Shown: piece by piece, positions 16,808 through 24,985 of the stretch
Numbering within the stretch: the stretch's first letter is position 1
How the letters are laid out: each line of letters begins with the position of its first letter
Virus record (IMG/VR): IMGVR_UViG_3300020045_005843
Location: 1 to 35,919 of that record
Length of the DNA stretch: 35,919 nucleotides
Origin: a virus
Taxonomy: Duplodnaviria; Caudoviricetes
Reading direction: 5' to 3' (one strand)
Program-made: the position numbers and the translations under genes
The notes under the pieces: generated by a model
What the model was told of the DNA's origin: nothing
What the model saw: the letters and a program-made list of their open reading frames with translations, nothing else
The model's database searches: none

Positions 16808-16840
16808 ACAAACGGTTACAAACGGGTACAAACGGTTACA
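16808..16840. repeat. 10-bp tandem repeat ACAAACGG(T/G)T, about 3.3 copies
   Basis: Read directly. Confidence 0.9.
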
Positions 16841-16841
16841 T

Positions 16842-16872
16842 AAAAAACCCGCCTTTGGGGTAAGACGGGTTT
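16842..16872 (-). terminator. Intrinsic terminator ending the early small-ORF operon
   Basis: AAACCCGTCTT-ACCCCA-AAGGCGGGTTTTTT. Confidence 0.8.
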
Positions 16873-16885
16873 AGGATTTTTGGGT

Positions 16886-17449
16886 TTAATTTGGTTTCTC
16901 TACCTGCGACGTTGGCATAAAATCCCTAAGTTCTTTGTATTTAATCGGGTCTAGTGTTGTTGTACTTTTCGCGCCTAGCGCTTTAATCTTGCTCCTTATC
17001 TCTACCCTATGCGTTCCTATACACCCGAAAGTTAGCAACCTTAATTCATTTAAACTTGGTGTTTCTTTGCCAGAGCCGTTGCAACTTTCGCAAGTAGTTA
17101 CTTTATCTGTGTAAGGTTTTCTGTACTTCCCTTTGCCTATACACTCAGGGCACTCTCCCGGAAAGTTAACGTAGGTCTTTGTTTTCTTTTTCTCTAACTC
17201 GCCGTTGAGGTCTTTAATCTGAGAATTTTGCATTTTAATGGTGGTTTCCAGATTGTCGATTATGCCCAATAGGTTTTTCGCCATTGGGTTCTTGCCGTCC
17301 CGTTCTTTGGCTTCGACGATCGAAGCTCTCGCCTTGTTATCTTGAGCTGCTCTCCAGCGTTGCAGTTGGTCAATGCGTCCGCTGTTGTCCCAAGTGCCTA
17401 GCAGCACTAAGAAGATTGCCACGGCTAAAATAATTTCGATTGTGCTCAT
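16886..17449 (-). CDS. Membrane-anchored protein with coiled coil, DnaJ-type Zn finger and a C-terminal domain paralogous to 29366..29749
   Basis: N-terminal TM helix; CPECIGKG and CESCNGSG; HRVEIRSKIKALGA..LD...Y...DF. Confidence 0.7.
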   Translation of the reverse strand: MSTIEIILAVAIFLVLLGTWDNSGRIDQLQRWRAAQDNKARASIVEAKERDGKNPMAKNLLGIIDNLETTIKMQNSQIKDLNGELEKKKTKTYVNFPGECPECIGKGKYRKPYTDKVTTCESCNGSGKETPSLNELRLLTFGCIGTHRVEIRSKIKALGAKSTTTLDPIKYKELRDFMPTSQVEKPN

Positions 17450-17454
17450 AATTT

Positions 17455-17652
17455 CTAGCTGTTATGTCTGCCGTAGGTTCGTGCTTTGAACTCGGCAAAC
17501 GGTTCTTGTTCATTCATTTTTGACTCTAAAATAATAAAAACACCCTCAACGGCTTTCACGCTGTTGTCGGTAAAGTAGGTCTGTCCCTCTCGGGTGACAA
17601 AGCTCGTGCGAACGCCGACGAACTTACACGGCTTGCATCTATTGGCTTTCAC
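17455..17652 (-). CDS. Hypothetical protein
   Basis: GTG start, tiles the operon; start site uncertain. Confidence 0.55.
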   Translation of the reverse strand: MKANRCKPCKFVGVRTSFVTREGQTYFTDNSVKAVEGVFIILESKMNEQEPFAEFKARTYGRHNS

Positions 17653-17806
17653 GGCTCTTAAATTTATAGTTGTGTCTCTTGTCTATTCGGCTGTGCAGGC
17701 GTTTAGGCTCTGCGGTTCTGTGGCAATTAACGAAGAGGTCAATGGCTGTTGGCAAATTACCGAGGCTGCTAAAATCCCATTTACCTTTTCTGATTTGAAC
17801 GGTCAT
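17639..17806 (-). CDS. Hypothetical 55-aa basic protein (absent from the ORF track)
   Basis: ATGA overlap with the upstream stop; MTVQIRKGKWDF...KSRESQ; fills the gap. Confidence 0.65.
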   Translation of the reverse strand: MTVQIRKGKWDFSSLGNLPTAIDLFVNCHRTAEPKRLHSRIDKRHNYKFKSRESQ

Positions 17807-18087
17807 AGACCTAACCTTTCTTTGACTTTCGCAATCACTTCGAGTTGGTCGTCAATTGATAACCCCGAGGCTTGCAGTTCGAGTGCGACCTCTAGCCCTT
17901 TCAGTTGTTCACGTGTCCTGCGGTTCAGTTCCTGCAATACTCGCAACTGGTTGAGCGTCTTGTCCAGTACGGCATATACGCCGATACCGGCGGCTAAACT
18001 TCTAACTGCCTCGGCGAAGTTTGGGTCTTCGGCGTAACGGCTTTCGCCGTTGTTGAACTTCTCTATCACTTCGATTAATTGGCCCAT
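17803..18087 (-). CDS. Hypothetical coiled-coil protein
   Basis: Tiles the operon. Confidence 0.7.
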   Translation of the reverse strand: MGQLIEVIEKFNNGESRYAEDPNFAEAVRSLAAGIGVYAVLDKTLNQLRVLQELNRRTREQLKGLEVALELQASGLSIDDQLEVIAKVKERLGL

Positions 18088-18089
18088 AG

Positions 18090-18287
18090 CTATTCAGGTT
18101 TAATGGTTTCGCCTATCGCAATGTACGACAAGTCTTGTGCATCGGCTTTACCGCCGTTTCGTTCGATAACCTCCTGCGCTCTTTCGATTGCACCCATTTG
18201 GTTGTAGGCGTACCCAAGGACAAAGCCTAAGAGTATGAACGTGGCAGTGATAGCCACGTCAGTTAATTGGTGTTTGATAGCTTTCAT
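18090..18287 (-). CDS. Hypothetical single-TM protein
   Basis: VAITATFILLGFVLGYAY hydrophobic helix. Confidence 0.7.
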   Translation of the reverse strand: MKAIKHQLTDVAITATFILLGFVLGYAYNQMGAIERAQEVIERNGGKADAQDLSYIAIGETIKPE

Positions 18288-18290
18288 AGC

Positions 18291-18503
18291 TTAACAGGTT
18301 ATAATTACCACTAGCCCTGCATCTGATCGCTTAACCTCAACGTCGCATAGGTATAGCGGGTCTGTGGAGATAACCCCCAAGGCTATGACGTGCGAGTCTG
18401 ACAGTTGTTTGATGTTGAACTTAACCACGTTGGCAGTCATTTTGACTTTCGGGTCCCCAAAGTGTTGGCGTATCGCCTCTAAAACTCTTTCGATTTTTTG
18501 CAT
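18291..18503 (-). CDS. Hypothetical protein
   Basis: AT-rich start region; tiles the operon. Confidence 0.7.
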   Translation of the reverse strand: MQKIERVLEAIRQHFGDPKVKMTANVVKFNIKQLSDSHVIALGVISTDPLYLCDVEVKRSDAGLVVIITC

Positions 18504-18571
18504 CTTGTTTACATTTTTAAATTATACCGCCCCGACTATCGAGGCGGCGGTTAGATTTAGGGCTCGCGCCG

Positions 18572-18754
18572 TTATTTTGTAACGAAATTTCCGATTTCTA
18601 TTTTAACCCCCGCTGTATGAAAATCTAAGCAGGCGTTCGAATAGTCCACATTCCCTTTTTCTAATTTTCTTGAAAATTGACCTCCGTTTTCATTTGTTAG
18701 TGTTTTAATGAAAGATGTTTCTGAGTCTCTTGTGATAGTGGTGGTAGTTTGCAT
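18572..18754 (-). CDS. Hypothetical early protein
   Basis: First ORF after the promoter at 18806..18835. Confidence 0.65.
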   Translation of the reverse strand: MQTTTTITRDSETSFIKTLTNENGGQFSRKLEKGNVDYSNACLDFHTAGVKIEIGNFVTK

Positions 18755-18805
18755 TTGATTTACATTTAAGAGTTTGCCGTGTAATTCACTTCCTTAACTC
18801 TGGTA

Positions 18806-18835
18806 CAAATATACAACTAAATATTAGATGTGCAA
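18806..18835 (-). promoter_or_regulatory. Bacteroidota-type early promoter
   Basis: TTGCA-N17-TATATTTG. Confidence 0.85.
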
Positions 18836-18865
18836 ACTTTTAACGTAAAAATATTAAATTATTTA

Positions 18866-20230
18866 CTATTTATTTTGCAACTTCTTGTATTTCAGTATCT
18901 TAGCTTTTACGGCTTCCATTAAAATATCCTGCGTGTTGCCTTTTCGGTCGAGTGCCTTTTTCACCGTCTCGTCCTCTGTGCCTTGTGCAATAAGATGGCC
19001 AATGACCACCGGATATTTACGCCCTTGCCTGTGCAGCCTTTTATTGAATTGCTGGTAAAGTTCAAGACTCCAATTCAAGGAGAACCACAACGCCATAGTA
19101 TGCCCCTCTTGCAAGTTAAGTCCGTGGCTGGCACTTGCAGGATGTGCCAACATAACCTGTATCTTTCCGGCGTTCCAGTCTTTAATATGCTGCTGGGTTT
19201 CGAGCTTCACCGGCTTGTACTTCTTAAGTCGAGCCAATAGCCTAGAGAGTTCGTGCTTATAGCTGTACGCGATAAACACAGGCTTACCGTTCGCCTCTTC
19301 GATAAACTCCTCACAGGCCTCGAGCTTGCAGTCGTGGATCTCGTGGACATTTCGGTCTTCGTCATACACCGCACCGCCTGCGAACTGTAGCAGCTTGTTT
19401 GATAAAGCTGCAGCGTTCATAGCGTTGATGTCTTCGGCTTCCAGCATTTCGAGAACGCTCTCCCGTTCGAAGTCGTCGTAACGCTTCTTAACCGAAGCGG
19501 GCAGCACCACATTAATAAATGTGTCTATGCGTTCGGGTAACTCGAGGTAGTCGGCGGACTTGAGAGACATACATATATCTTTGATTTTATTGTGGATCCG
19601 GTCGTCCGCACCGTCCTGCGCCTCATAGCCAAAGCCGCTATACTTTTTACTAAAAAAGTTGTTACGGTAAAAGGTTATGGTCTTGCCCAGGCGTTCGCCA
19701 CGGTCAAGTAACCAGATTTGAGGCCACAAGTCAATTAACCCATTTGGGGCGGGTGTGCCGGTCAGAAGTACCACACGTTTAAAGCAGGCTTGCACTTGCT
19801 TTAGGGCTTTGAACCGCATAGAGGCGTGGTTTTTAAACGAGCTGCTCTCGTCTATGACCAGCATATCGAACGGCATAAAGCCTCCGCCGTAATAGCCGAC
19901 CAGCCAAGCGATGTTGTCTCGGCTAATTATATGGATTGATGCCTTTGACTTCAAGGCGGCGACCCGTTGCTTTTCGTTGCCGATAACCTTTGATATTGAG
20001 AGGTTACGCAAGTGCGGCCACTTGTCAATCTCGTCCGACCATACGACCTCGGCCACCCGCTTCGGGGCTATGATTAAAACGCTCTCGACTTCGAAGTCTT
20101 CGTTCATTAAACGGTTAATAGCGGTGAGAGTAGAGATGGTCTTCCCGGTCCCCATTTCGGCGAATAGCCCGGCGTGGGTGTTCTCTTCGATAAACTCGAC
20201 GCTCCTTAGTTGGTAGTTGTGTAGCTTCAT
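18866..20230 (-). CDS. SNF2-family (SF2) helicase
   Basis: EMGTGKT, VIDESS, LTGTP, GLNLQ, QFNKRLHRQG motifs. Confidence 0.95.
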   Translation of the reverse strand: MKLHNYQLRSVEFIEENTHAGLFAEMGTGKTISTLTAINRLMNEDFEVESVLIIAPKRVAEVVWSDEIDKWPHLRNLSISKVIGNEKQRVAALKSKASIHIISRDNIAWLVGYYGGGFMPFDMLVIDESSSFKNHASMRFKALKQVQACFKRVVLLTGTPAPNGLIDLWPQIWLLDRGERLGKTITFYRNNFFSKKYSGFGYEAQDGADDRIHNKIKDICMSLKSADYLELPERIDTFINVVLPASVKKRYDDFERESVLEMLEAEDINAMNAAALSNKLLQFAGGAVYDEDRNVHEIHDCKLEACEEFIEEANGKPVFIAYSYKHELSRLLARLKKYKPVKLETQQHIKDWNAGKIQVMLAHPASASHGLNLQEGHTMALWFSLNWSLELYQQFNKRLHRQGRKYPVVIGHLIAQGTEDETVKKALDRKGNTQDILMEAVKAKILKYKKLQNK

Positions 20231-20234
20231 AATT

Positions 20235-21725
20235 TCAAAATAAGTCTATGTCTTTCGGTATATGTTTAAAGAACTCACACACGGCGTCAACCGTCCAGCC
20301 GTTGCCGAGCATCTTGTAACGCTGTGAGTTACTCACCCCTGCGGTGTAGTTGTCGGGCAGGGTCTGCAGGCGTTCGCACTCGATAGGTGTTAGCTTACGG
20401 ATATAGCCCTCGATTAATATACCGTGGCGGTCTTGCGCTGTCAGGGTGTAGAACTTAGTCCCATCGTTAAAGCGTTGGCCGTTTTGGCGTTTGTCCACTC
20501 GGTCGGGCGTTATGCAGCCGAAAAGGTGATTATCCTTTAGCACTGTTGTTAATGGTCCGGTTTTCCCATCTGTTCGGGATACGTGTTCTCTGTCTGCGAA
20601 TCTGCCCGTATCAACCCCAGTTCTTTTAAAATTCTCCCTCCTGTCTATTTTTGCCTGCTCTGTTCGCCTAGTCGTGATACACCTTACATCACCAAACAAA
20701 TACTGCCCCATCTTAGCCGCTCCGCCGCCTGCATCGCCGCAAAGCGTTACCGCTTTATCGTGTATGTAGTAAACTCGGTTAGCCTGTGAGTCTTTTCTGA
20801 AATACCCAACTTTACCGCGAGCGACTTCTTTATCTAAGATTTGCAGGGTTTTGTCGAACGGGACTATGTAGCTTTTAAGCTCTTCGAGTATTCTATAGTC
20901 GTATGTCGAGGCAGTTAAACAATTGCACCTGTCCGCCATCTTTCGCCCTCTGCGGGTCTTAGACTCTATGAAAGTTAAGTCCACACCATCACCCTCAAAG
21001 ATTTCAGCGTAACCCTTTTTAGTTGCTTCGGGTATTTTTATGTGGTTCAATTCAGTAGGCACGCTTATCTTTTGGCCCTCGCCTTTATTGGTTGTAAGGC
21101 AGTTTGATTTCAGGTTGTTGACGTTACGGACGTTGCCATTCATACCTTTACCGCTTGGGTTAACATTAAAGTTTGGCGCCCAAACATCAAGTATATCTGT
21201 ATGCTCGTGCACAATGTCTTTCAGCAAAATACCTTTGTCCTCGGGCGGCGTATAGCCGGGTATGTTTGTCCAGTACAACCGCTTACGGCTTTGCGCCGAT
21301 ACAAGCGAACTATTTAGTTGTATAGGCTCAACACCTAAGTAGCTGCTAATTACGTCCTGATATTCTTTTTTCATTGCGACATTTTCAAGGAAAAAATACT
21401 TCGGCTTTATTTCATTTTTAAGCCTCACGAACTCAAAGAACAGTTTACTCCTCGGGTCGTCGAAGTTGAGCTGTTTGCCCGCGAAACTGAAACCCTGACA
21501 AGGCGAACCTCCTATAAGTAAATCAAAACCCCTATATAAATTGCCATCAACTTTAGTAATATCGCCAACGTGTTCAATATCTAAGTGGTTATTTGCCGCT
21601 ACAATCATGGCGTACTTGTCTATCTCTGAGGCGACATACCTATCTATTTTATGCCCGACTTTCTCTAAGGCTTCATAGCCACAAGCCGAGCCATCAAAGG
21701 CGGAAAACACTTTAAGTCCGTTCAT
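20235..21725 (-). CDS. DNA cytosine-5 methyltransferase with an expanded variable region
   Basis: FSAFDG (I), GGSPCQGFS (IV), ENV (VI), QSRKR (VIII), RKLTPIECERLQ (IX), LGNGW (X). Confidence 0.95.
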   Translation of the reverse strand: MNGLKVFSAFDGSACGYEALEKVGHKIDRYVASEIDKYAMIVAANNHLDIEHVGDITKVDGNLYRGFDLLIGGSPCQGFSFAGKQLNFDDPRSKLFFEFVRLKNEIKPKYFFLENVAMKKEYQDVISSYLGVEPIQLNSSLVSAQSRKRLYWTNIPGYTPPEDKGILLKDIVHEHTDILDVWAPNFNVNPSGKGMNGNVRNVNNLKSNCLTTNKGEGQKISVPTELNHIKIPEATKKGYAEIFEGDGVDLTFIESKTRRGRKMADRCNCLTASTYDYRILEELKSYIVPFDKTLQILDKEVARGKVGYFRKDSQANRVYYIHDKAVTLCGDAGGGAAKMGQYLFGDVRCITTRRTEQAKIDRRENFKRTGVDTGRFADREHVSRTDGKTGPLTTVLKDNHLFGCITPDRVDKRQNGQRFNDGTKFYTLTAQDRHGILIEGYIRKLTPIECERLQTLPDNYTAGVSNSQRYKMLGNGWTVDAVCEFFKHIPKDIDLF

Positions 21726-22003
21726 TCTAATAAGTTGTTAAGGATTAAATTTAATTGTTTGAGGCTGTCCACTACCTCAACCCTAAAGCCCAAGCCCCTG
21801 AGCTTCTCGTGGACTACTCGCTGTATAGTCGTCGGCTTTTTGCCCGTGGTTTTGACCTCGACAAAGAAGACAACGCCACCGGGCAAAAGTACGAGCCTGT
21901 CGGGTAATCCAGTTACGTAGGTGCTTAGCAGTTTAAGCGACCAGCCGCCGAGCTTCTTAACCTCAGCGGCGAGGGTTTTCTCTATTAACTTTTCACTATC
22001 CAC
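21722..22003 (-). CDS. VRR-NUC domain nuclease (probable start is GTG 22003 or ATG 22024, not 22147)
   Basis: SEKLIE...GLPDRLVL...FVEVKT...Q motifs; the upstream part of the track ORF is occupied by another gene. Confidence 0.9.
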   Translation of the reverse strand: MDSEKLIEKTLAAEVKKLGGWSLKLLSTYVTGLPDRLVLLPGGVVFFVEVKTTGKKPTTIQRVVHEKLRGLGFRVEVVDSLKQLNLILNNLLE

Positions 22004-22010
22004 TATCCCT

Positions 22011-22181
22011 TTAGTAGCCTCCATAATCTTTGTTGCTGGTGGCACAGGACTCGCAACAATTATAATCGATTTGGCTAAATTGGTCGTAGGTACTCGAGCA
22101 ACTCTCGCAGTAAAATTCGTTACATATTTCGCACTCGAATACTTCACCCTCGGCGCTTCCGCATATATGGCACTCTTTCAT
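22011..22181 (-). CDS. 56-aa Cys-rich zinc-finger protein (absent from the ORF track)
   Basis: MKECHICGSAEGEVFECEICNEFYCESCSSTYDQFSQIDYNCCESCATSNKDYGGY: four CxxC; ATG 5 nt after the primase stop. Confidence 0.85.
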   Translation of the reverse strand: MKECHICGSAEGEVFECEICNEFYCESCSSTYDQFSQIDYNCCESCATSNKDYGGY

Positions 22182-22186
22182 AATTT

Positions 22187-24595
22187 CTACTTTTTACGTT
22201 GATAATATTTTTGTTTGCCATAGCTGCCAAAGTTGGCGGTCGTTGGCTTGTACTCCCAATTTTCGAAGCCTTTCATTATATCGTTAATATCCCGTGTAAG
22301 GTATCGGCTCATATCCTCTTTGTTCTTACCAAGGCACTCGCACCAGATCTCTGCCATACACACACGGTCTCTTACCGTACCCTTGTCGTCGTAGGCTTCG
22401 AGGTCGTTAAGGAACATCCTGCGCTCGTCGATGCCTAACGTCGGCCAGCTCTTCGGCAGTTGCCTGTCAAGGTAGAACTCTATTAAGCCTCGACGCTCGT
22501 CGGTGTCGCTGTGGCTTGTCTGTTCCAGCCTTGCGATTGCTTCGGCTTCGGGGCTTAAATATAAAGTCTCTCCCGCCTTGTAAAGTGCCACGGCTTCCGC
22601 CCATATCTGGTCAACTTCACCATCGAGGTCTTTCCACACGTCTTTCATGGTGTCCTCGACAACCACGTCGCCGGGCATAAACCTACGCCCGCCCGTGGGA
22701 TCCGTAAACAAGTTGCGGGTGTTGGACGTGGCAATAAAGATATTTTGGCGGGGGAAGTCCTCAGGCGCACGCCCGTAAGCTGGTCGGAACGTATCCACTC
22801 TTTTTGATATGTAGAGCTTAACGGCTTCGTTGTCTGCTTTCCTAAACCCTGACATCTCTGCAATCTCGATAATCCAAGCCCCCTGTAACTGCTCGAAAGA
22901 CTCTTTTCCGTGTACGGTTGTGAAGCTGTCCGAGTACCAATCTTTACCGAGTTTATCAATGAAAGTAGATTTGCTGCAGCCTTGTGGCCCTATAAGCGTC
23001 AATACTAAATCGAACTTACAACCGGGGTTAAAGATTCGAGCCACTGCACCCACCAAACATTTTCGAATTGACTCACGGGTGTATTGGTTGTCCACCATTC
23101 CGAAGTAGTCCATAAGTAGGTAGTCAAGGCGTTGTGAGCCATCCCACTTTAGCCCGCTCAGATAATCTTTGATGGGGTGAAACGAATGCTTTTCAAACTC
23201 CAAGGCGAGGGCGTCGTCAATCTTTTGTACGCCCGTAACGCCGTAAATTGTCTCAATGTAGTTTCTAATCCCTGAGTAATCTACATTCTTAATTGGCTCC
23301 GGCTTCTTGACGCCTCGCCACGGGAGAGTGCGAAAAACATAGCGCTTATTGTCAAATAGGTTTTGTTTGAAGCACTCTTTTAGGCGTGAGTCATTCTTAA
23401 ATATCAGTGATATGTTGGCAGCCGTCGAGAGATAGTCGCCTCTCCTGTCCGCCTCCAAATCGACCATCCAGTCCGTATTGTCTTGGTTGCCTTCTACGGC
23501 TTCGGGCTCGTCGTCAAATTCGCCGTCCAGTACTTCGGCAAAGTCATACCTCACGTTAGCCTGTGACTCTTCGGCTAAGAGCTTCTTAACCTCTTTGTCT
23601 TTGAGGGCGAACTCCTCCATCGCCGCAAAGCTCTTCGGCTTTTGTCCTGCAGCTTGTGTATCATTGTCGAGGTGTCCGAACTTGTGAAGCCTCACAAGGT
23701 CGAAAGCGTTTGAGGTCTTCCCGCTGCAGGGGTCAGTCCCGTGATGAGAGTATGCGAAAGTGTCTTCATATATGATAAGACCTGCAGCCGTTGAGCCTTG
23801 CGTGTAAGTGTATCTGTCTTCATGATCTGTGGCTATATACTCCTCGGTTAGAAACTTCTCGATTGCCTCGGTAATGCTGAACGTTCGGCAAAACGCCCCA
23901 ACGATACCGCTTTTCTCTCTCGGGTCTGCCTGCTTTTTGGCGTTGGCTCCAAGCTCTCTAAGCATCTGTCCAGACGTTGGCCAAAGGCTGGTATCTGTCC
24001 AATCGATATAAGAGTCGAGTATCTCGTCGGCGTTGAGCCATTCACCATCTTGCACCTCCATATAGTAGGTCACGTCTTTTGGCGTTGATGGCCAAAACAT
24101 AAGCCTGTTGGTTTCGAAAGTGGTATTGTCGAAGACGTCGATGTCCATCTGCCCAGCTACTGCACGGGCTATGGCGACGTATTCGTCGGCTGTAACTTCT
24201 CTATCCAATGGGATTAATAGGCGATACCGTGGGTCTGTCTTGCAGTGCTTGTGCGTGCCGTGTATGATAGCTGCACAGTCGAATTGCAGGGTAAAGTCCC
24301 CCCAAAAATCGAGGTGCGCAAAATCAATGTCAAGCGTCAATAATTGGCGGTGCATTACGTTCTTAGGGCTTCGCTTTCCGTTGCGAAGATACCCGCCAAC
24401 GTAGCCGCCTTGGTCTTTATATTTGAGCTGTTCGGCTTTGGTGCTTGCCAAGAACTCTTTATGGGTTTCGGGCGTTACTGTGTTTTCGCTTATACGCTGT
24501 ATGAACTGCGACCACGTGAACGATTTATTTTTCCAGCTTGTCGATTGCGCTGAGTGCCCAACCGCTATGTTTAGTTTTCCGTCGTGTTGTATCAT
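22187..24595 (-). CDS. Primase-helicase, VirE/VapE type
   Basis: N-terminal LTLDID, THKH, PRYRLLIPL (primase-polymerase-like); C-terminal P-loop GPQGCSKST, IIEIAEM, TSN, TGGRRF. Confidence 0.9.
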   Translation of the reverse strand: MIQHDGKLNIAVGHSAQSTSWKNKSFTWSQFIQRISENTVTPETHKEFLASTKAEQLKYKDQGGYVGGYLRNGKRSPKNVMHRQLLTLDIDFAHLDFWGDFTLQFDCAAIIHGTHKHCKTDPRYRLLIPLDREVTADEYVAIARAVAGQMDIDVFDNTTFETNRLMFWPSTPKDVTYYMEVQDGEWLNADEILDSYIDWTDTSLWPTSGQMLRELGANAKKQADPREKSGIVGAFCRTFSITEAIEKFLTEEYIATDHEDRYTYTQGSTAAGLIIYEDTFAYSHHGTDPCSGKTSNAFDLVRLHKFGHLDNDTQAAGQKPKSFAAMEEFALKDKEVKKLLAEESQANVRYDFAEVLDGEFDDEPEAVEGNQDNTDWMVDLEADRRGDYLSTAANISLIFKNDSRLKECFKQNLFDNKRYVFRTLPWRGVKKPEPIKNVDYSGIRNYIETIYGVTGVQKIDDALALEFEKHSFHPIKDYLSGLKWDGSQRLDYLLMDYFGMVDNQYTRESIRKCLVGAVARIFNPGCKFDLVLTLIGPQGCSKSTFIDKLGKDWYSDSFTTVHGKESFEQLQGAWIIEIAEMSGFRKADNEAVKLYISKRVDTFRPAYGRAPEDFPRQNIFIATSNTRNLFTDPTGGRRFMPGDVVVEDTMKDVWKDLDGEVDQIWAEAVALYKAGETLYLSPEAEAIARLEQTSHSDTDERRGLIEFYLDRQLPKSWPTLGIDERRMFLNDLEAYDDKGTVRDRVCMAEIWCECLGKNKEDMSRYLTRDINDIMKGFENWEYKPTTANFGSYGKQKYYQRKK

Positions 24596-24981
24596 TTTAA
24601 CTGGTGGATTAGTATTTCGAAATTTAAACCCGCTGCGGCTATATCTGAGTAATGCTTTTCTTTTTGCATCTCTCTACCGTTTGAATGGTCTGACCAATAA
24701 GGTGCGGGAAATTTTTTACCAACTACCTCTTTTCGCATTTTCGCCTTTTGCGTGAGCCACTTATCCACTTCTTTTTCGCCGTCTACAAAAACTTCATACC
24801 TATTCAAACCCTCGGTTATTTCGAGTTTATATTTTTGAACGGGCGGGGAAACTTTGGCGGCTTTCGGCTTTGGTGTCAATGCCTCTTTAAGGGCTTGCAC
24901 CCTGTCGGCGAAGCCGTCAAGGTCGCACAGGCGTAAATCCTGCTCGAGTGTGTCAAATTGGTTTGATAGCTTGGGTGTCAT
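24592..24981 (-). CDS. Hypothetical protein
   Basis: Coupled between polA and the primase. Confidence 0.7.
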   Translation of the reverse strand: MTPKLSNQFDTLEQDLRLCDLDGFADRVQALKEALTPKPKAAKVSPPVQKYKLEITEGLNRYEVFVDGEKEVDKWLTQKAKMRKEVVGKKFPAPYWSDHSNGREMQKEKHYSDIAAAGLNFEILIHQLK

Positions 24982-24985
24982 AGCC

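Noticed and set aside
20235-22003. MTase plus VRR-NUC as a restriction-modification pair
   Set aside because: Stand-alone VRR-NUC next to SNF2 helicase and primase is a standard phage replication-module gene; the MTase looks inserted between them.
22004-22147. N-terminal extension of VRR-NUC given in the track
   Set aside because: Better explained by the overlapping 4xCxxC ORF in another frame.
22964-22990. Walker A variant GPQGCSKST as an inactive helicase
   Set aside because: The Lys-Ser/Thr core and downstream motifs are intact; one substitution is not evidence of inactivation.
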